Shown here: positions 1 through 10,690 of the stretch, piece after piece
How the letters are laid out: each line of letters opens with the position of its first letter
Position numbering within the stretch: the stretch's first letter is position 1
DNA from: Octopus bimaculoides
Lineage: Eukaryota
DNA: 41,708 bases
Direction of reading: 5' to 3'
Assembly: GCF_001194135.2 (NCBI RefSeq)
Contig: NC_068993.1
Coordinates: 34,390,724-34,432,431, forward strand
Position numbers and translations under genes: made by a program
The notes under the pieces: model-generated
Told to the model about the DNA's origin: nothing
Seen by the model: only the letters and a program-made list of their open reading frames with translations
Database searches by the model: none

Positions 1-22
1 TATAAAAATAAAACTACTGAAC

Positions 23-106
<84 letters not shown>

Positions 107-108
107 AA
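1..108 (+). repeat. (TAA)n microsatellite
   Basis: Near-perfect TAA array from about 22 to 108, preceded by A-rich sequence. Confidence 0.95.
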
Positions 109-532
109 TTCCCTCTGATCATAATACAGCGGCGAAAGAATTTGGCAAGATCAGTAAATATAAAGACTTGCTAATAGAAATTGAAAAAATGTGGCACCTC
201 AAGGCGACTACCATGCCAGTGATTGTAGGATCTCTAGGAATGATAAAAAAAGGTACTGAAACCTCTTTGAAAATGATACCAGGCTTACCATCCCTACAGG
301 ATGTGCAAAAAATCGTGCTAACTGGAACGACTCATGTACTGAGAAGAGCATTATTGCTGTGAAAACAACATCCATTCATGAATTTTTTTTTTCGTAAATA
401 CATGTTTTATGTGTGAATTTGCGTGTGTAAACTGGGAATACATACGAGTTTCTCTGCCCTAGGTGTACGGAAAACACTCGGCGAGAAATTTGAAGAAAGA
501 AGAAAAAAACAACATAATAATAATAATAATAA
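108..532 (+). mobile_element. 5'-truncated R4/Dong-like non-LTR retrotransposon 3' end (restriction-like endonuclease C-terminus, 3' UTR, TAA tail)
   Basis: Frame from 108 reads IPSDHNTAAKEFGKISKYKDLLIEIEKMWHLKATTMPVIVGSLGMIKKG...QKIVLTGTTHVLRRAL*, the typical RLE end (PxDxN..KExxK.KYxDL, PVIVGxLG). (TAA)n on both sides (22-108 and 515-532). Confidence 0.85.
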
Positions 533-669
533 ATTCAAAGAAGAGTGCCATTGTTATCTAGTGAACGATATTTCGACATCTTGTGTGTCTTCAACTGGTT
601 CAAAAAAAAAAAAAATGTGTCAATCTACTTCATTTTGGTTAATATAGAAAGGATGTAAGTTACTGTACA

Positions 670-921
670 TTGTTGATATTTCGTGTAGCTTCCGTTAGCT
701 TGAATAATTGCTTCAGTGCGCCTGGGAAGGGATGAGTACAAATTCTTCACTATTTTCACAGGTAATTCTCTGTGGCTGAGCTCTTTCATATTGCGTAGAT
801 TCTTCTGACGAACTCTTCTCTTTAGTTCTGATCACATTTGCTAGATGATATTTAAGTCAGGGCTCTGAGGAGACCAGTCTTTCAAGACGGTAACACCTTC
901 ATCAGCCAGTCTGTATGTTGT
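670..921 (-). mobile_element. Tc1-like transposase C-terminal fragment (decayed)
   Basis: Minus strand reads DWSPQSPDLNII*QM*SELKRRVRQKNLRNMKEL...LYSSLPRRTEAIIQANGSYTKY, matching the Tc1 WPxxSPDLNPIENxW and RRxxAVIxAxGxxTKY motifs. Cut upstream by a (TTA)n tract. Confidence 0.85.
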
Positions 922-960
922 GTTATTATCATTATTATTATTATTATTGTTATTATTATT

Positions 961-1515
961 GAGTAAGAGAGCAGTGCATGCCATGAAAGTGACACTGGGG
1001 TAAAATATACAAAGCCCATTGTACCCATCATGACTACCCGCCTGATAAGGGTACACCAGGCACATGCATCACAACCATATATGCGCAACATGATGATCTT
1101 ATATCAAGATAAACAGCACATGACCTCGCAGGTGGGGCCCTGTTAGAATTTTCTTCAGGTCAAGTATCCCATCCCACTCAATAGGACCCTGAATAAGGTT
1201 TGTTTAAGGATGTTGAGCAAAACACCCATGTTTCCAAAGGTGATTTATCCAAACCCCAAAGAATTCCTCTCAACACATGGCTATGATGCTCCCCCACTAC
1301 TTCTGCTCCTGATCAGAGATGCACATATCGTCAGCCACCAAGGGACATGCTCAACTAGTTAAGGTCAAACAACTGACAAGCAAATCTGTAGTATTGAGCA
1401 GAATATTTGCTGTAGCCCATCTTTTTATACCAAGACAAAACAATGTACATGATAATACTTCCAATCAATTAAGATCAGAAGCTATGAGAGCCACTGCATG
1501 GTACTGCATCCGGGC

Positions 1516-1518
<3 letters not shown>
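961..1518 (-). mobile_element. Non-coding ~560-bp interspersed element flanked on both sides by (TAA/TTA)n
   Basis: Higher-GC block between (TTA)n-like tracts at about 922-960 and 1518-1567, with no recognisable ORF. I recall a very similar high-copy octopus repeat (unverified). Strand is inferred from TAA polarity. Confidence 0.6.
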
Positions 1519-1568
<50 letters not shown>

Positions 1569-1689
1569 GTAATATTTTTAGGTTTTTTAAAAAGTTTTTG
1601 TACGTACCTGTGGCGTGTGTCACGCTTACTTCAACGGAAATGGTAAAAATGTTGAAGGGAGTGATAAAAGAAAAAGGAAATGAAAGATG

Positions 1690-2345
1690 TTAAGTAAGAG
1701 AGGAGGTATACCTGAAATGAGGTGCAAGGCGGGAGAGAGGGGGGCGATAGATACCGAGGACGTATAGCTGACGTGAGAGGCAAAGCGGCAAAGAGAGGAA
1801 GTAAGTGGGAGTGAGAGAGAGCGAGAAGGAGAGAGAGGGAGAAGATTGATACCACTGAGAGGTAAGAGAAATATAACGCGTTAAACGAAGGAGAGCTAGA
1901 GGCAAGGTGACATAGAGGAAGAGGGGAGGGATGGGCAGAAGAGAGAGATTTAGAGAGATAGATTGAGTGAAGGAAGGGAGTGGATAGAGAATAATAATGA
2001 AAGAGAGTGGTATTATATTCTCTCTCTATCACACACTCTCTCTCTTCCTCTGTCTGTATGTCTCTCTGCAAATAGCTGTGGGTGTTGCTGTTACGTTTCT
2101 ACAGTTGAAGGGAGCGGTAAAATGTTTATCAGTATTTTCCGAGTAGACTGATGCATACATTCAAAGAAACGTAGATACAGAGATCAAAGGAAAAGTAGAT
2201 ATATATATATATTGAAAGAAAAGTAGATACAAAGATACTTACATCCATTGTTAAATTAAAAGCGGAAAAGATGAGCGATACAGAGGAAATGAGAGAGAAA
2301 GAGAGAACGTGAGAGAGGCAGTAGATACATAGATCAAAAGAAAAG
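1690..2345 (+). repeat. Purine-rich (GA/GAGA) degenerate simple-repeat region
   Basis: Long AG-rich low-complexity stretch that explains the S/L-rich ORFs here. Confidence 0.75.
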
Positions 2346-2434
2346 TTGATACATAGATACATAGACACATTGCTAAATCAAAGACAAATGACTACAACAA
2401 ATAATGGATGTCACTTTCACTTTTCATTACAACA

Positions 2435-2702
2435 CGAGAATGAAATTAACTCGCAAGTGGCTGAGTACTCCAAAGACATATATAACATTAACGTAGTTCT
2501 CAGTGAGATTCAGCCTCACGCAGAATATGACAAGGCTGGCCCCTTTCAATTACAGCTACAACTTATTTTGGCCAGCTGAGTAGACTGCAGCAAGGTGAAG
2601 TACAGTACCTTGCTCAAGAACACAGTGCGCCGCCGGGAATGGTACTCATGACTTAACGATCGTGAGTCGAATACCCTTAACCACTGAGCCACGCACCTTC
2701 AC
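2435..2702 (-). mobile_element. tRNA-derived SINE, family A
   Basis: Reverse complement starts GTGAAGGTGCGTGGCTCAGTGGTTAAGGG (A box), then GTGTTCTTGAGCAAG. The 3' part aligns with copies at 16829 and 28415. Confidence 0.8.
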
Positions 2703-3034
2703 TCTCTTAACTGTAGAGAGGAAGAGTGAAGCCATAGAGACAGAGAAAGGAAAGCATCAGTAATTTAAAATGACAATTAGAATGAAATACGATCGAGCTT
2801 TTCTAGCTTCTTTACTTTTAACAATGAAGAAGATGGAAAGATATTTAGTAACGAATGGAGGGAAAGTTTTTCGGGTGTTTACGTTTTCATTCTGGGAGTT
2901 CTAGAACGATCGACTGTTAGTTCTCTCTTCTTTCTCCCACCCCCGGTACATATTCGCCTTCTATCATAATTGTTCATGACTTTTGGGGGAAAGACCATGT
3001 GTTTTTGTGATAGTCAAACATGATTGTGTTGACA

Positions 3035-3235
3035 GAAACGAAGGATGAAAAGGACACATATACTTTGCTAGTAGCAGCACAATACCCAGTATGGAGAACT
3101 AATTGCATAAAAGCCAAGATGGACAAAAATCAGATTTACATAACCAATATAGGTTATGTAAATCAAAGGAAGAAAGTGTTAATAATATAGTTAGTGAATA
3201 TAGCATGCTGACACACAGAAAAAATACAAGTAAAG
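3035..3235 (+). mobile_element. R4/Dong-like LINE fragment (post-RT region and degenerate zinc knuckle)
   Basis: Reads LVAAQ...RTNCIKAKMDK then, after a frameshift, YRLCKSKEESVNNIVSEYSML, matching AAQDQALRTNxIKAKID...CRLC...ETVxHIVSxC. Confidence 0.65.
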
Positions 3236-3280
3236 ACGTGATAACCTATGAAGAATAATCTACTAGGAGTTATGTAGAAA

Positions 3281-3449
3281 GGTGGGATTACATCGACCCC
3301 AGTACTCAACTGGTTCTTATTTTCTCGACCTCGAAAGGATGAAAACCAAAGTCGACCTCGGCGGAATTTGAGCTCATAAGGCGAAGACGAACGAAATACT
3401 GTTAAAGATTTTGCCTTGCATGCTAAGGATTTTGCCAGTTCGCCGCCCT
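3281..3449 (-). mobile_element. tRNA-derived SINE, family B
   Basis: Matches the repeated motif GATTACATCGACCCCAGT...GAAAGGATGAAA..CAAAGTCGACCTCGGCGGAATTTGA(A/G)CTC. On the minus strand this gives a B box (GAGTTCAAATTCC) and a GGCGGCGA head. Confidence 0.8.
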
Positions 3450-3970
3450 GATGATTTGTATAATATTAACTTAGTATGTTAATCATGCAAGAAAATGTTC
3501 TGGGTGCTAAAAACTGATGGAAGATTTATATGTTTTAAGAAAGTTGACACGTTCCTATAATATATAAGAACCTTATATATTGATTTCTGTATCATAAGTG
3601 ATGCAAAGCAGGCATACAACAACCCACCACACAACAAGTGCGAGTTGATGACATGACCCTCACTTAGTTCTCATCCAGCTTGAAATAACAACGAGATTTT
3701 CTTTATTGCGCATCTTAAATGAGACATTAGAAGATACCACTATATCTAAAAAGAAAAAGATGGTTTACTCAAAAATGTAAGGGCTTTGTATATTGTTTGA
3801 TCCATGTCGAAGTGGGGCTAAACAACAAATCTCATACCATGCAAATGCTTATTAACGTGATTTTTAATTACCGAAAGGTATATCGTACATCTGATTATTT
3901 TTTATTGCCGTTATGTTTTCGTGCAGTTACGTAATTACGTTAAGATTTTTAGCTAAGGTCTGGCTATGTT

Positions 3971-4110
3971 GTGAAGTCATATAGCCTATTGGTTTGGAGC
4001 AATAGGCTTACGAACAAGAAGTCCTAATCTTGAATATTGGGTCGAGTGGTGCATTTGTTTTTGTCCAGCCATTTCAAATTGCTCCTGATCATTTAGCGGG
4101 AAAATGAGTA
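3971..4110 (+). mobile_element. Old, degenerate tRNA-derived SINE
   Basis: GTGAAGTCATATAGCCTATTGGTT head resembles family A; GAAAATGAGTACCAG lies downstream. Confidence 0.4.
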
Positions 4111-4599
4111 CCAGCCTAGCGCTGCCGCAGCCCTTTCACCATTCTCGATGATTTACTGCGTCTGGGGTTGGGATGACCGAAGGACATTTGATGTGTGCTC
4201 ACCAGTATATAGTCACTAAAGCAACTAGTGAAAGTATTGTACATGTATCTGGGTCATAACCATTTAGGAGTTATGATTACGGTATCCTTGTTTTTGACTG
4301 TGATTAGACCATCAAGAATCCATCGCACTATTAACTTATGTACTTTACATGTTTACATGGTACGGATGAGTAACGAACAAATCGAGCGTGCTGTGGCATT
4401 TCAATTGCTGGATGATCTTGTTTTCTTGCTTTCGTATACCTCTGGTCCCACCTTTGTACTCCTGCATTCGATACGGTGGCGACCTTTTAGCTCTCTCAAG
4501 GAGGTTTTCTTTTGTCACACCCCAGGTTTACTTCAGGACCAATTGTGATTTTATAGCGGTTTCATAAATAAAAGCAAATGATAGATGGCACTACGCAGT

Positions 4600-4930
4600 A
4601 CCTTGCTGTAAAATCCTCAAAATATTCAGAGCCGTTCATCTAAGTGTCCATGAATACTTCATTTAGTGATGTCTGAGATACTTTATAAATGTTGGCTGAT
4701 CCTTGTAGATTCCATCAACAGAAGACTTGACGGAGCCGATATCCTTAGTATTGAAACGATGATGCGTAAGCGCCATTTACATTGGACTGGGGACATTGTG
4801 CGGATGAAGGTTCGGAGAATTCCTAAACAAATGTTATATAGCGATCTTGCCTGTGGAAAGCGCCCCAAGCTGAAACCTAGACTACCATTTAAAGATTTTA
4901 TAAAACCCTCGTTGAAAGCATATTGTAGGA
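4600..4930 (+). mobile_element. RTE-clade LINE fragment (region C-terminal to RT)
   Basis: ADILSIETMMRKRHLHWTGDIVRMKVRRIPKQMLYSDLACGKRPKLKPRLPFKDFIKPSLK matches RTE LRWxGHVxRM..xRIPKQxLYxEL..GKR..GRPxxRxKD. Confidence 0.8.
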
Positions 4931-6409
4931 AACAAGTAAAGAAGGAGTTTGTATTTTCAAGAAATCATTCATTTTCCATGCAGAATTTAAGCGAGCTGCT
5001 CGAAACCTAGTACCAGTGTAGTAAATGGAGTAACCTTAGTCTACGTATATATTATGTAGTTTGGGTTAAATTCTAAACTGTGTCCTCTTGAACAACACAT
5101 GTTTATTCCAGTATTCCAGTTCTGTATGTAGTTCTATTTGGGTCAAGTACGCACACGAGTTGAAAATTCTGGCAATATTATTTGTAGAGTAATTTTATAT
5201 CAAAGGAAGAGATTGGATAATTGTTTTGTTATTATTCATTGACCATTACACATGTTTCATTTGGTAATATAATCGCTTCATCCAAATGTAAGTTTCGCAT
5301 GATTTGACTCTCTGTCTGAAGAATGTCTAATAGATTTCTTACATGTTTATCATACATCATATAATTTTGTAACTGATTAGCAAACAAACGTGTAATGGTG
5401 AGTAGATAATACCGATAATAGTGACAGTGGAAGAAAATAATGTCCTTATGGCTCCAGTAGAAAACGTAGTCTATTTCGATTACCAGTTGATACCGTTTCC
5501 GTTTCCGTTTCCGTCAGTTGGCTACAACTGACACATCACCTCGCATATTAGTTCATTCAAATGATACAATCTAACGATAATATTTTATTTGTTGAAGAAC
5601 TACACGAAAATTCCATATTCCCTACAGGGAGGAACGATAATTATTACTCATATTTGCCATATGCATATTACATACTATGTTTTCCTTCTTTGGTTTGTCA
5701 AAATGTATCCGTATTTTACAGATGGTAAGCCTATAGAATGAAGATATATTCTCTACACCAATAGATTTAAGCTTTTTGCGTAGAGTTCAGTGCCTTATGT
5801 TCTTCTGATTATCACTTGTGAGACGCTTTTAGTTTTAAAAAAAATGTTATTTCACCATTTGCAATATTTATTAATAGCAGGTGTTTGAAGTAATTTACAA
5901 AAATTGATCATTTCTGTACATAAATATTGTATATTAGAAATAAAATTCTACAAATATGATATGTACACCAGAAACATAAGATTTAAGAACTAACATAATT
6001 TCAATTTAATAGCGTGGACATTATTGCCAGAAACTAAGTTTCTTCGAAACATAAAATAGATTGAAAATATTTTATTATGGTCACTCTATTAAATGAGATC
6101 CAAATGGTTCATATGGATCATATTATTATGATCACGTTATTGAATGAGATACATACAGACATGTTTTTGTATTATTGAACTGTAGTTTTTTTTCTAACAT
6201 ATGAAGATCGCTTTCCGTTACAATAGAAAAGCACGTTCGGGCTTTGAAGAATAGGTTTATCACGTGGTTAATGTCAGACTCAGTACGTAGCAATACTAGG
6301 CAGTGGAGTCCTCCGAACAATTTCATCACTTACTTTTATATAGAGTTTGAATCTACTTGAGCTGTTTGATCTTCCTGTATCTCGGAAGGTTTTTGTTTGA
6401 CGTAATGTA

Positions 6410-6587
6410 ATATTGGTTTCAAATTTAGGCACAAGACCGGGATAGGGGTTAAATTGATTACATTGACTTTTATCGGCCCCGAAAAGATGAAAGGCAAAAT
6501 CGACCTTGGCGGAATTTGAACTCAGAACGTAAAGATGGACGAAATACCGTTAAGCATTTTGCCCGGTGTGCCAACGATTCTGCCACT
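6410..6587 (-). mobile_element. tRNA-derived SINE, family B (internal deletion)
   Basis: Aligns with the other family-B copies from GGTTTCAAATTTAGGCACAAG to GATTCTGCCA. Confidence 0.8.
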
Positions 6588-7339
6588 GCTGTCTTCGTTA
6601 GATATAATATTGACATGATTTAGATTTAACCCAGTAAGCATTCATCACCTAACTTGTAATACTTATCTCATAATAGTTCCACCAATGCTTCAAAAGTTTA
6701 ACTCTTATAGAAAAACTATCATCTTATATTTGAGTGTCAAGGTAAACCATTTCCAGAAACGTAATTGGCAACGCCCTCTATCAACTCGGAATAACGTTTA
6801 TCCTGTGAAGTCTTAATAATGTTTTTGAAAGATATTTCAATAACTGCTTATGTGTCGAATTAAGATATCAAAATATATCTGAGATGAAAAGGATACCACA
6901 TTTGACAGAAATAATCTGTCTTCGTGTTACTGACAAGTCAGCAATTACACAATTATATAAAAGTACACGAAAGAGCTGAATAAAATATCTTTTGTAATCT
7001 CTTACTCCACTGTATGCATCAACAGGCGTTCAGTCACTTCTGCATTATGAAATGTGATATTGAAATGTATTTGGCGTAATACGGTTGATAATGTCTATTA
7101 CAACAGCAGCTCTGTCTTATACTACAAGCCTTTTGCAACCGTTTGGTGGTTGTAGATCACACACTGTATACAAAAGAAAACAAGGAAAACTAAAGTACAT
7201 CACTGTCAAATATCTAGTTATTATAAGGCACATTATTTTTCTTGAAAATATGAAATCCTTAAAAATAATTTTCTATTTTGATAAAGAAGATTATTATTAT
7301 TTTTCTTGAAACTAATATGAAATCCTTAAAACGAGTTTT

Positions 7340-8830
7340 CTATTTTGATAAATGTCTTATGATTTCTGGTAATAAGAATTGCCTCTTGGAATAGATTACC
7401 ACCCAAAAAGAAATCAAACGCTTGTAGTACTTTGTAAACTTCATGAATTCCCCAATTTGCAGGTTAACCGCTGTATTTGTAATTGACCAACATCTTTCAG
7501 CCATATCACCAATACTTCTAGATAGTGATGATTTGCTGAAAATGATAGCTTTTGTTATTTAATGTGTTGACCGATTCCTGATTGTTGAAATCATAACGGA
7601 CACAGCAAACAAAATTAAAGTTTCACTACTCTTACGTGGTTTCCTGAATTTTGAAATTGTCTTTGAAATATCATTCGATGCAATTATAACGTTCTATATT
7701 TAGATACTCATTCACTAGACATTAGATTCGGTATCTTTCTCTGTTCGAAATCATCATTCATTTGTTCAAAAGATCTATAATGATTTGTCAATCATATTAT
7801 TATGCATTTTCCCAGAAAGTTAGTAGAAAGTACATGGCTCCGTGTAGGAGTTTGAAAGCGATGTCATACATATAATACACACTCGCTTCGTAATGTTCTA
7901 TGACGAAGTAATAAAACTGTAGTCCATATATCTTCAATGAAATATTAGTGACGTCATTTTTCATCATACAAATGGTGGGTAATCTGAATCAAATATGAAT
8001 TCCAGTTAGTATGTCTAAATCACGAAAGTAATTACGGGTTAACAATCATATCTTTTTACGTTATAATACTAATTGCCATGGGAACGTGACTTCAGAACAT
8101 GTATATCCAAGATATGTATCTATGCATATGTATATAAACACATAAACACATAAACACATGCGTATAATATATATATATATATATCTTGTCATATATGTGG
8201 CTATGTGGTAAGGAGCTTGCTTCCCAACCATATGGTTCTGCGTTCAGTCTCACAGCGTGGCATCTTGGAAAAGTACCTTCTACTATGGCTTCTGACCGAT
8301 CAAAGCCTTCTGAGTAGATTAGGTGAACAAAAGGTATGTATATATGTATGCATGCTGTATGTATATATGTATGCATATGTATATTTGTATATGTATATGT
8401 ATATACATTTTCTGTTTACTTTAAATTTATATATATATATATATATATATNNNNNNNNNNTGAGATAATTGATGTGCAGATACGAGTAATCTCTGAAGTT
8501 GATAAGCAACCGACGTTTGGGAGTGACAGTAATTATGATTGATGCCTTACAAGTGATCGCCAGCGGTACCACGTAATGACATTATTTTCATGTGAACATT
8601 CCTATTATCTGATGTAAATCATTCACTTTGAACTTTATTTACGACTATGTAAGCGCAATGCATTAGGTATTGTGTTGTATCTATGATTACAGCGCATACT
8701 GAGAGTCTTGCAAAAGGATGCCTAAGATACAACTTTTTACTTTGCATTTTAAAAAATGGTTATTTTACTAGCAACCATTTTTGCCAGTTCTTACCGGTTC
8801 TAACAGATGGTACAAAAGCAGCAATAAATG
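7340..8830 (-). pseudogene. Degraded intronless class-A (rhodopsin-family, FMRFamide/peptide-receptor-like) GPCR relic, interrupted by microsatellite, SINE and gap at about 8090-8460
   Basis: Manual translation gives motifs in the expected order: TM1-2 GKNWQKWLLVK*PFFKMQSKKLYL...CAVIID; TM3 YVVPLAITCKASIIITVT; TM5 YYMYDIAFKLLHGAMYFLLTF; TM6 RKSSETLILFAVSVMIS; TM7/H8 WSITNTAVNLQI..MKFTKYYKRL. Only one internal stop in about 120 codons at 7340-7700. Several stops and frameshifts elsewhere. Confidence 0.5.
8197..8333 (+). mobile_element. tRNA-derived SINE, family C
   Basis: GTGGCTATGTGGTAAGG (A box), GTTCAGTCTC (B-box-like), GGCATCTTGGAAAAGT core-like segment, followed by a TATG/TA microsatellite. 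Confidence 0.75.
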
Positions 8831-9769
8831 AATCTGTCTTCTAACTTTTGTTCAAATGACACAGACATGTTGACATAGGTGCGCAAAAGATCTTGCATTT
8901 TTGCTTCTGCTTAGAAACAGAAATCTCGTAGTACTGTGCTGTATTTCCGAACATAGGGTCATCGAAGTCACAGTTCAGAGTCGAAATTTCTCTAGGGAAT
9001 AAATGTGTTTACCAATGAAAAATTGAAAGATTATAAGGGACAGCATTCTAAGAAACGGAGACACATTAATATTTAATGAAATGCTGGAGAAGACGTTTAA
9101 CATCAAAGTAGTGTTGCAAATAAAGAAAGCTGACATAAAGACACGTTTGACGGCAGTGACGGCATCTAACATGCAAGATTATAATGTTTATAGCATGCTG
9201 CAATAGTTATCAACGTATATCAGTGTATGAACTGGAACACTTCAACAAAGATTAGGCTATGACATAAGAATGAAGATTGCTAACATATGACACCTGTATA
9301 GAAGAAGAGCTGATTAATAATGCATGGTGAAGATCAAATAGTTTAATTCCACAGATCACACCTAAAACGATCATGCCAATTTTCCTTACGTTTTAAAGAC
9401 AGATTACTGTTAAACACGTTTAGCATTTTCAATAAAAATAAAGAAGATGCTAGTAGAAACATTCAAGAAACTTGTAATATAAATCTATGAACCAGCATTT
9501 ACTCACGATCTGGTATAGGTATATTTTTCGAGAGGGTGAGCGTTTCTTGACGTAAAGATAGAAATAATTCATGGAAACTGACAATGTGGAAGAGGCGACA
9601 AATATCTAACAACAACTATAGATCCCATAATCTCAAAACAGTGCTCTTGCTATATTTTTGATGAGAATTTTACCTCATTGCACTTTTGAACGCTTCAGAT
9701 GAACACTAACTATCAAAAGAGAAAAAAAAAGCACTATTTCAGGATGTTGAATAAATTTCCATCAAGTCC

Positions 9770-9947
9770 TCTCTCTATACATGTATATATGTATGTATAT
9801 ATGTATTTATATAAACATGTATGTATGTATTTATGTATGTGTGTGTGTATGTGTGTATGTATGTATGTATATATGTATTTATGTATGTATGTATGTATGT
9901 ATGTATGTATGTATGTATGTATGCATGTATGTATGTATGTATGTATG
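9770..9947 (+). repeat. (ATGT)n tetranucleotide microsatellite
   Basis: Direct reading. Confidence 0.95.
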
Positions 9948-10335
9948 TACAAGGGTACCCAAAAGTAACCGGAAACATTCTCTGTGGGACAAACCCGTTG
10001 TACTTCAGAATTCTACCACTACAAGCCACTCGATGCAACCCTCAGGCAACAGTCTGCCGACCGGCGTCGTCGTGGGATAGTGTACTGTTACGTGCTGCGT
10101 CTTTGTGTTGTGTGCTTATCCCTTGTACGTCGATTTTTGCGATGGCAGAAAAGAAGGAACAGCGTGCCTCCGTGAAATTCTGTTTTCTGCTGCGGGAAAT
10201 GGCAACCGAAACAGTTGTCATGCTTCAAAACAGTTTACAAGGCCGCTACCATGAGCAAAATACAGGTTTACTAGTAGTTTCCACGCTTTAGGAATGAGCA
10301 TTTGTCGCTTGAAGACCAATCAAGTTCATGAACAG
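9948..10335 (+). mobile_element. Mariner-like DNA transposon 5' fragment (TIR and transposase N-terminal HTH)
   Basis: TA followed by CAAGGGTACCCAAAAGTAACCGGAA (mariner-type TIR). ATG at 10142 gives MAEKKEQRASVKFCFLLREMATETVVMLQ, then a frameshift into VYKAATMSKIQVY**FPRFRNEHLSLEDQ. Confidence 0.85.
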
Positions 10336-10345
10336 ATCTTGGAAA

Positions 10346-10391
10346 TGTATGTATGTATGTATGTATGTATGTATGTATGTATGTATGTATA

Positions 10392-10439
<48 letters not shown>

Positions 10440-10442
10440 CAT
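10346..10442 (+). repeat. Compound (TATG)n(TCTA)n microsatellite
   Basis: Direct reading. Confidence 0.95.
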
Positions 10443-10690
10443 CGATCCAACCATCCATAAAACTCTTTTTTTTTAAAAACTTAAACTTTTAAAAAAACCT
10501 AAACTTAAAAAAATTCTATCCCTGATGTAAGAAATGCGGCCACTGAAGTCGAAAGTTTTGCTTTGCGTATTCTCTGAAACGATTGTAAAATATCTCACTT
10601 CATTATATTTTCATTCGTAAAATGCTTTATTTTTACGTCATTCGAGGACAGTTTTAAATCGCATTGCTCTATTTGAGTTTAATTCATGCA

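Noticed and set aside
595-670. Tc1 terminal inverted repeat
   Set aside because: Only vague similarity and no partner end in the window.
4370-4560. Possible minus-strand RTE C-terminal piece
   Set aside because: Different frames gave conflicting weak matches.
5713-5730. TTTTACAG-ATG-GTAAGC as a 3-nt micro-exon or start-codon exon
   Set aside because: Single motif with no partner exons found in the window; expected by chance in 42 kb.
7006-7163. Strong minus-strand acceptor and donor pair suggesting a 158-nt exon
   Set aside because: All three frames contain stops; it could only be non-coding, and there is no other support.
9699-10080. Long ORFs rich in YIHT/MYVC (also at 18756-19248, 20964-21516, 11153-11920, 33660-34095)
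   Set aside because: Translations of tetra- and dinucleotide microsatellites, not genes.
10520-10560. CTGATGT...GAAAG hammerhead-like string
   Set aside because: A9 is missing, stem II does not pair and stem I is not evident.
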